Shown here: positions 62,546 through 64,000 of the stretch, piece after piece
Numbering within the stretch: the stretch's first letter is position 1
Layout: every line of letters begins with the position of its first letter
Assembly (NCBI RefSeq): GCF_006345805.1
Contig: NC_043017.1
Span: forward strand, 7,626,001-7,690,000
Length of the DNA: 64,000 nucleotides
DNA from: Octopus sinensis
Lineage: Eukaryota
Direction of reading: 5' to 3'
Program-made: the position numbers and the translations under genes
The notes under the pieces: model-generated
What the model saw: the letters and a program-made list of their open reading frames with translations, nothing else
What the model was told of the DNA's origin: nothing
Database searches by the model: none

Positions 62546-62944
62546 ACAACTACTGAAAAGTGGGGGAGGAATGCAGTGACTGATGAAACATGGATATATA
62601 GGGATGGATGACAGGATATCAATGATGCAGTTGGTAGGGCAGGGAGGACAGGATTGGGCTGCAGGAGTTAGGAGGGAGAGATAAGCATAGTGCATTAAGG
62701 AGAGAAGTGAGGAGGAGAAGGAGAAGACTTGGACCCGGTGCCATCCGTCCACAACAAAAATCTAAATTGCATCTCATAACAACAATATGACACAATTATT
62801 TCACCTCAATTAGCCTCGCTCTCTTCAACATTACACCAGGACACGTTTGGTTTATTGGGGTAGGGTGAGTGAAAAATTTAATGTTACATGTGGATGGAAC
62901 ATACAGCACTTCCAGAACACAGTTTAACTAAGGTGGGCAGATCT

Positions 62945-63655
62945 TCTCAAGAACTTCATATTGTTGGACATCTTGGTCCTTTGTCATCTCCTCCATGAGG
63001 CCCAATGTTTTGAGATCAACCCTCACTACTTTATTCCATTTTATCCAGAGTCTCTCTTTTCCAAGAGTGCTATCCAGTATAAACAATCAGCACTTCTTTA
63101 TACAGCTGTCCTTGTTCATATGCGTTACATGTCCAAACCAACACAGTCTTCTCTCTTTGATGTTGCATTTAATTCCTGATATGCCCAACTTTTCTCTCAG
63201 CAAATTTGCACTTTGTCATATATGCACACTGATGTTGCATATCCATCAGAGCTTACTAACTTAATTCCTCTCTCATCTATTCATGTCTTCTACATTCAGG
63301 GCCAACGTCTCATTACCATGGAGTATAGCTGTTCATACATAAGCATCATACAATCTGCCTTTCATCCTGAGAGAGAGTCATTTTGTTGCCAGCAGAAGCA
63401 ATAGTTCCTTGCACTTCCTCCATCATATTCCTATCTTAGTGACAATGCTTTCAGAACATCCTTCACCACTGCAAATTTAGTCATGTAGGTAATAGAAACT
63501 ATCAACAACCTCTAGGAAGCCTCCTGGGCATTTGAGAGAGTCTAATTCCCATGTATCCTTAGTGCTTATTGTTCCTACACATCTCCCACATACAAAGATG
63601 ACTTTCTCTGTTAACCTACCATTGATTTTATTCTTATGCTTGCACTGGGTGTAAT
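62945..63655 (-). mobile_element. Degenerate RTE-clade LINE fragment
   Basis: Reverse-strand similarity to the 54135-54510 fragment and its 3' UTR. Confidence 0.7.
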
Positions 63656-64000
63656 CAATTAAAAAACTGCAATGTCTCCCTCTCTCTTACTTTCTCTCTC
63701 CCCTTCTGTCACTATCTGTATGTAAATATTTATGTGCATGTGTGTGTGTGTGTGTTTGCCTCTAGTGCTAAAAAGTACAGTTGCCAAAACATGTTCAATA
63801 ATCAGTTAGCTGTGCCAAATCACCAGTATTCAAACAGCCAAGCCTGATTAATCTCATTTTGTCCTTTGAAATGGTGAGACTTAGCATTTATATCAATATT
63901 GAAGACTTCTACAGTTCTAGTTGCATGCTATTCATGTCTTGGATGAAGGTGTGTAATAATATATTCTTGATACATGTTGTGATTAAGTCTTTGCACTGTG

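Overview
AT-rich, intron- and repeat-rich animal genomic DNA, most likely an octopus or other coleoid cephalopod. That call comes from recognising the SINE families from memory and is not verified. Four conserved protein-coding genes were rebuilt by hand from GT-AG splice sites with consistent exon phases. (1) The 5' part of a PHIP/BRWD1/BRWD3-family gene on the minus strand: 6 coding exons from 8528 down to 1991, continuing off the left edge. (2) A complete DHDDS cis-prenyltransferase on the plus strand: 7 coding exons, 25278-37978, 336 aa. (3) BBS10 chaperonin-like protein on the minus strand: single-exon CDS 38767-40488, 573 aa, tail-to-tail with DHDDS. (4) EDF1/MBF1 on the minus strand: 5 exons from 59700 down to 47207, 143 aa. 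The rest is several tRNA-derived or RTE-tailed SINE families, fragments of RTE, CR1 and R4/Dong LINEs, mariner/maT fossils, piggyBac-, hAT- and Merlin-like MITEs, and microsatellites. Almost all short ORFs in the supplied track are repeat artefacts. I found no clearly new biological system. The best leads are a candidate internal promoter plus poison/alternative exons in BRWD intron 4, a near-canonical hammerhead ribozyme at 61925-61969, a candidate antisense transcription unit nested in a DHDDS intron, unusual active-site-adjacent substitutions in DHDDS, and retroelements that sit in (TAA)n tracts. Repeat boundaries are approximate and were read by eye.
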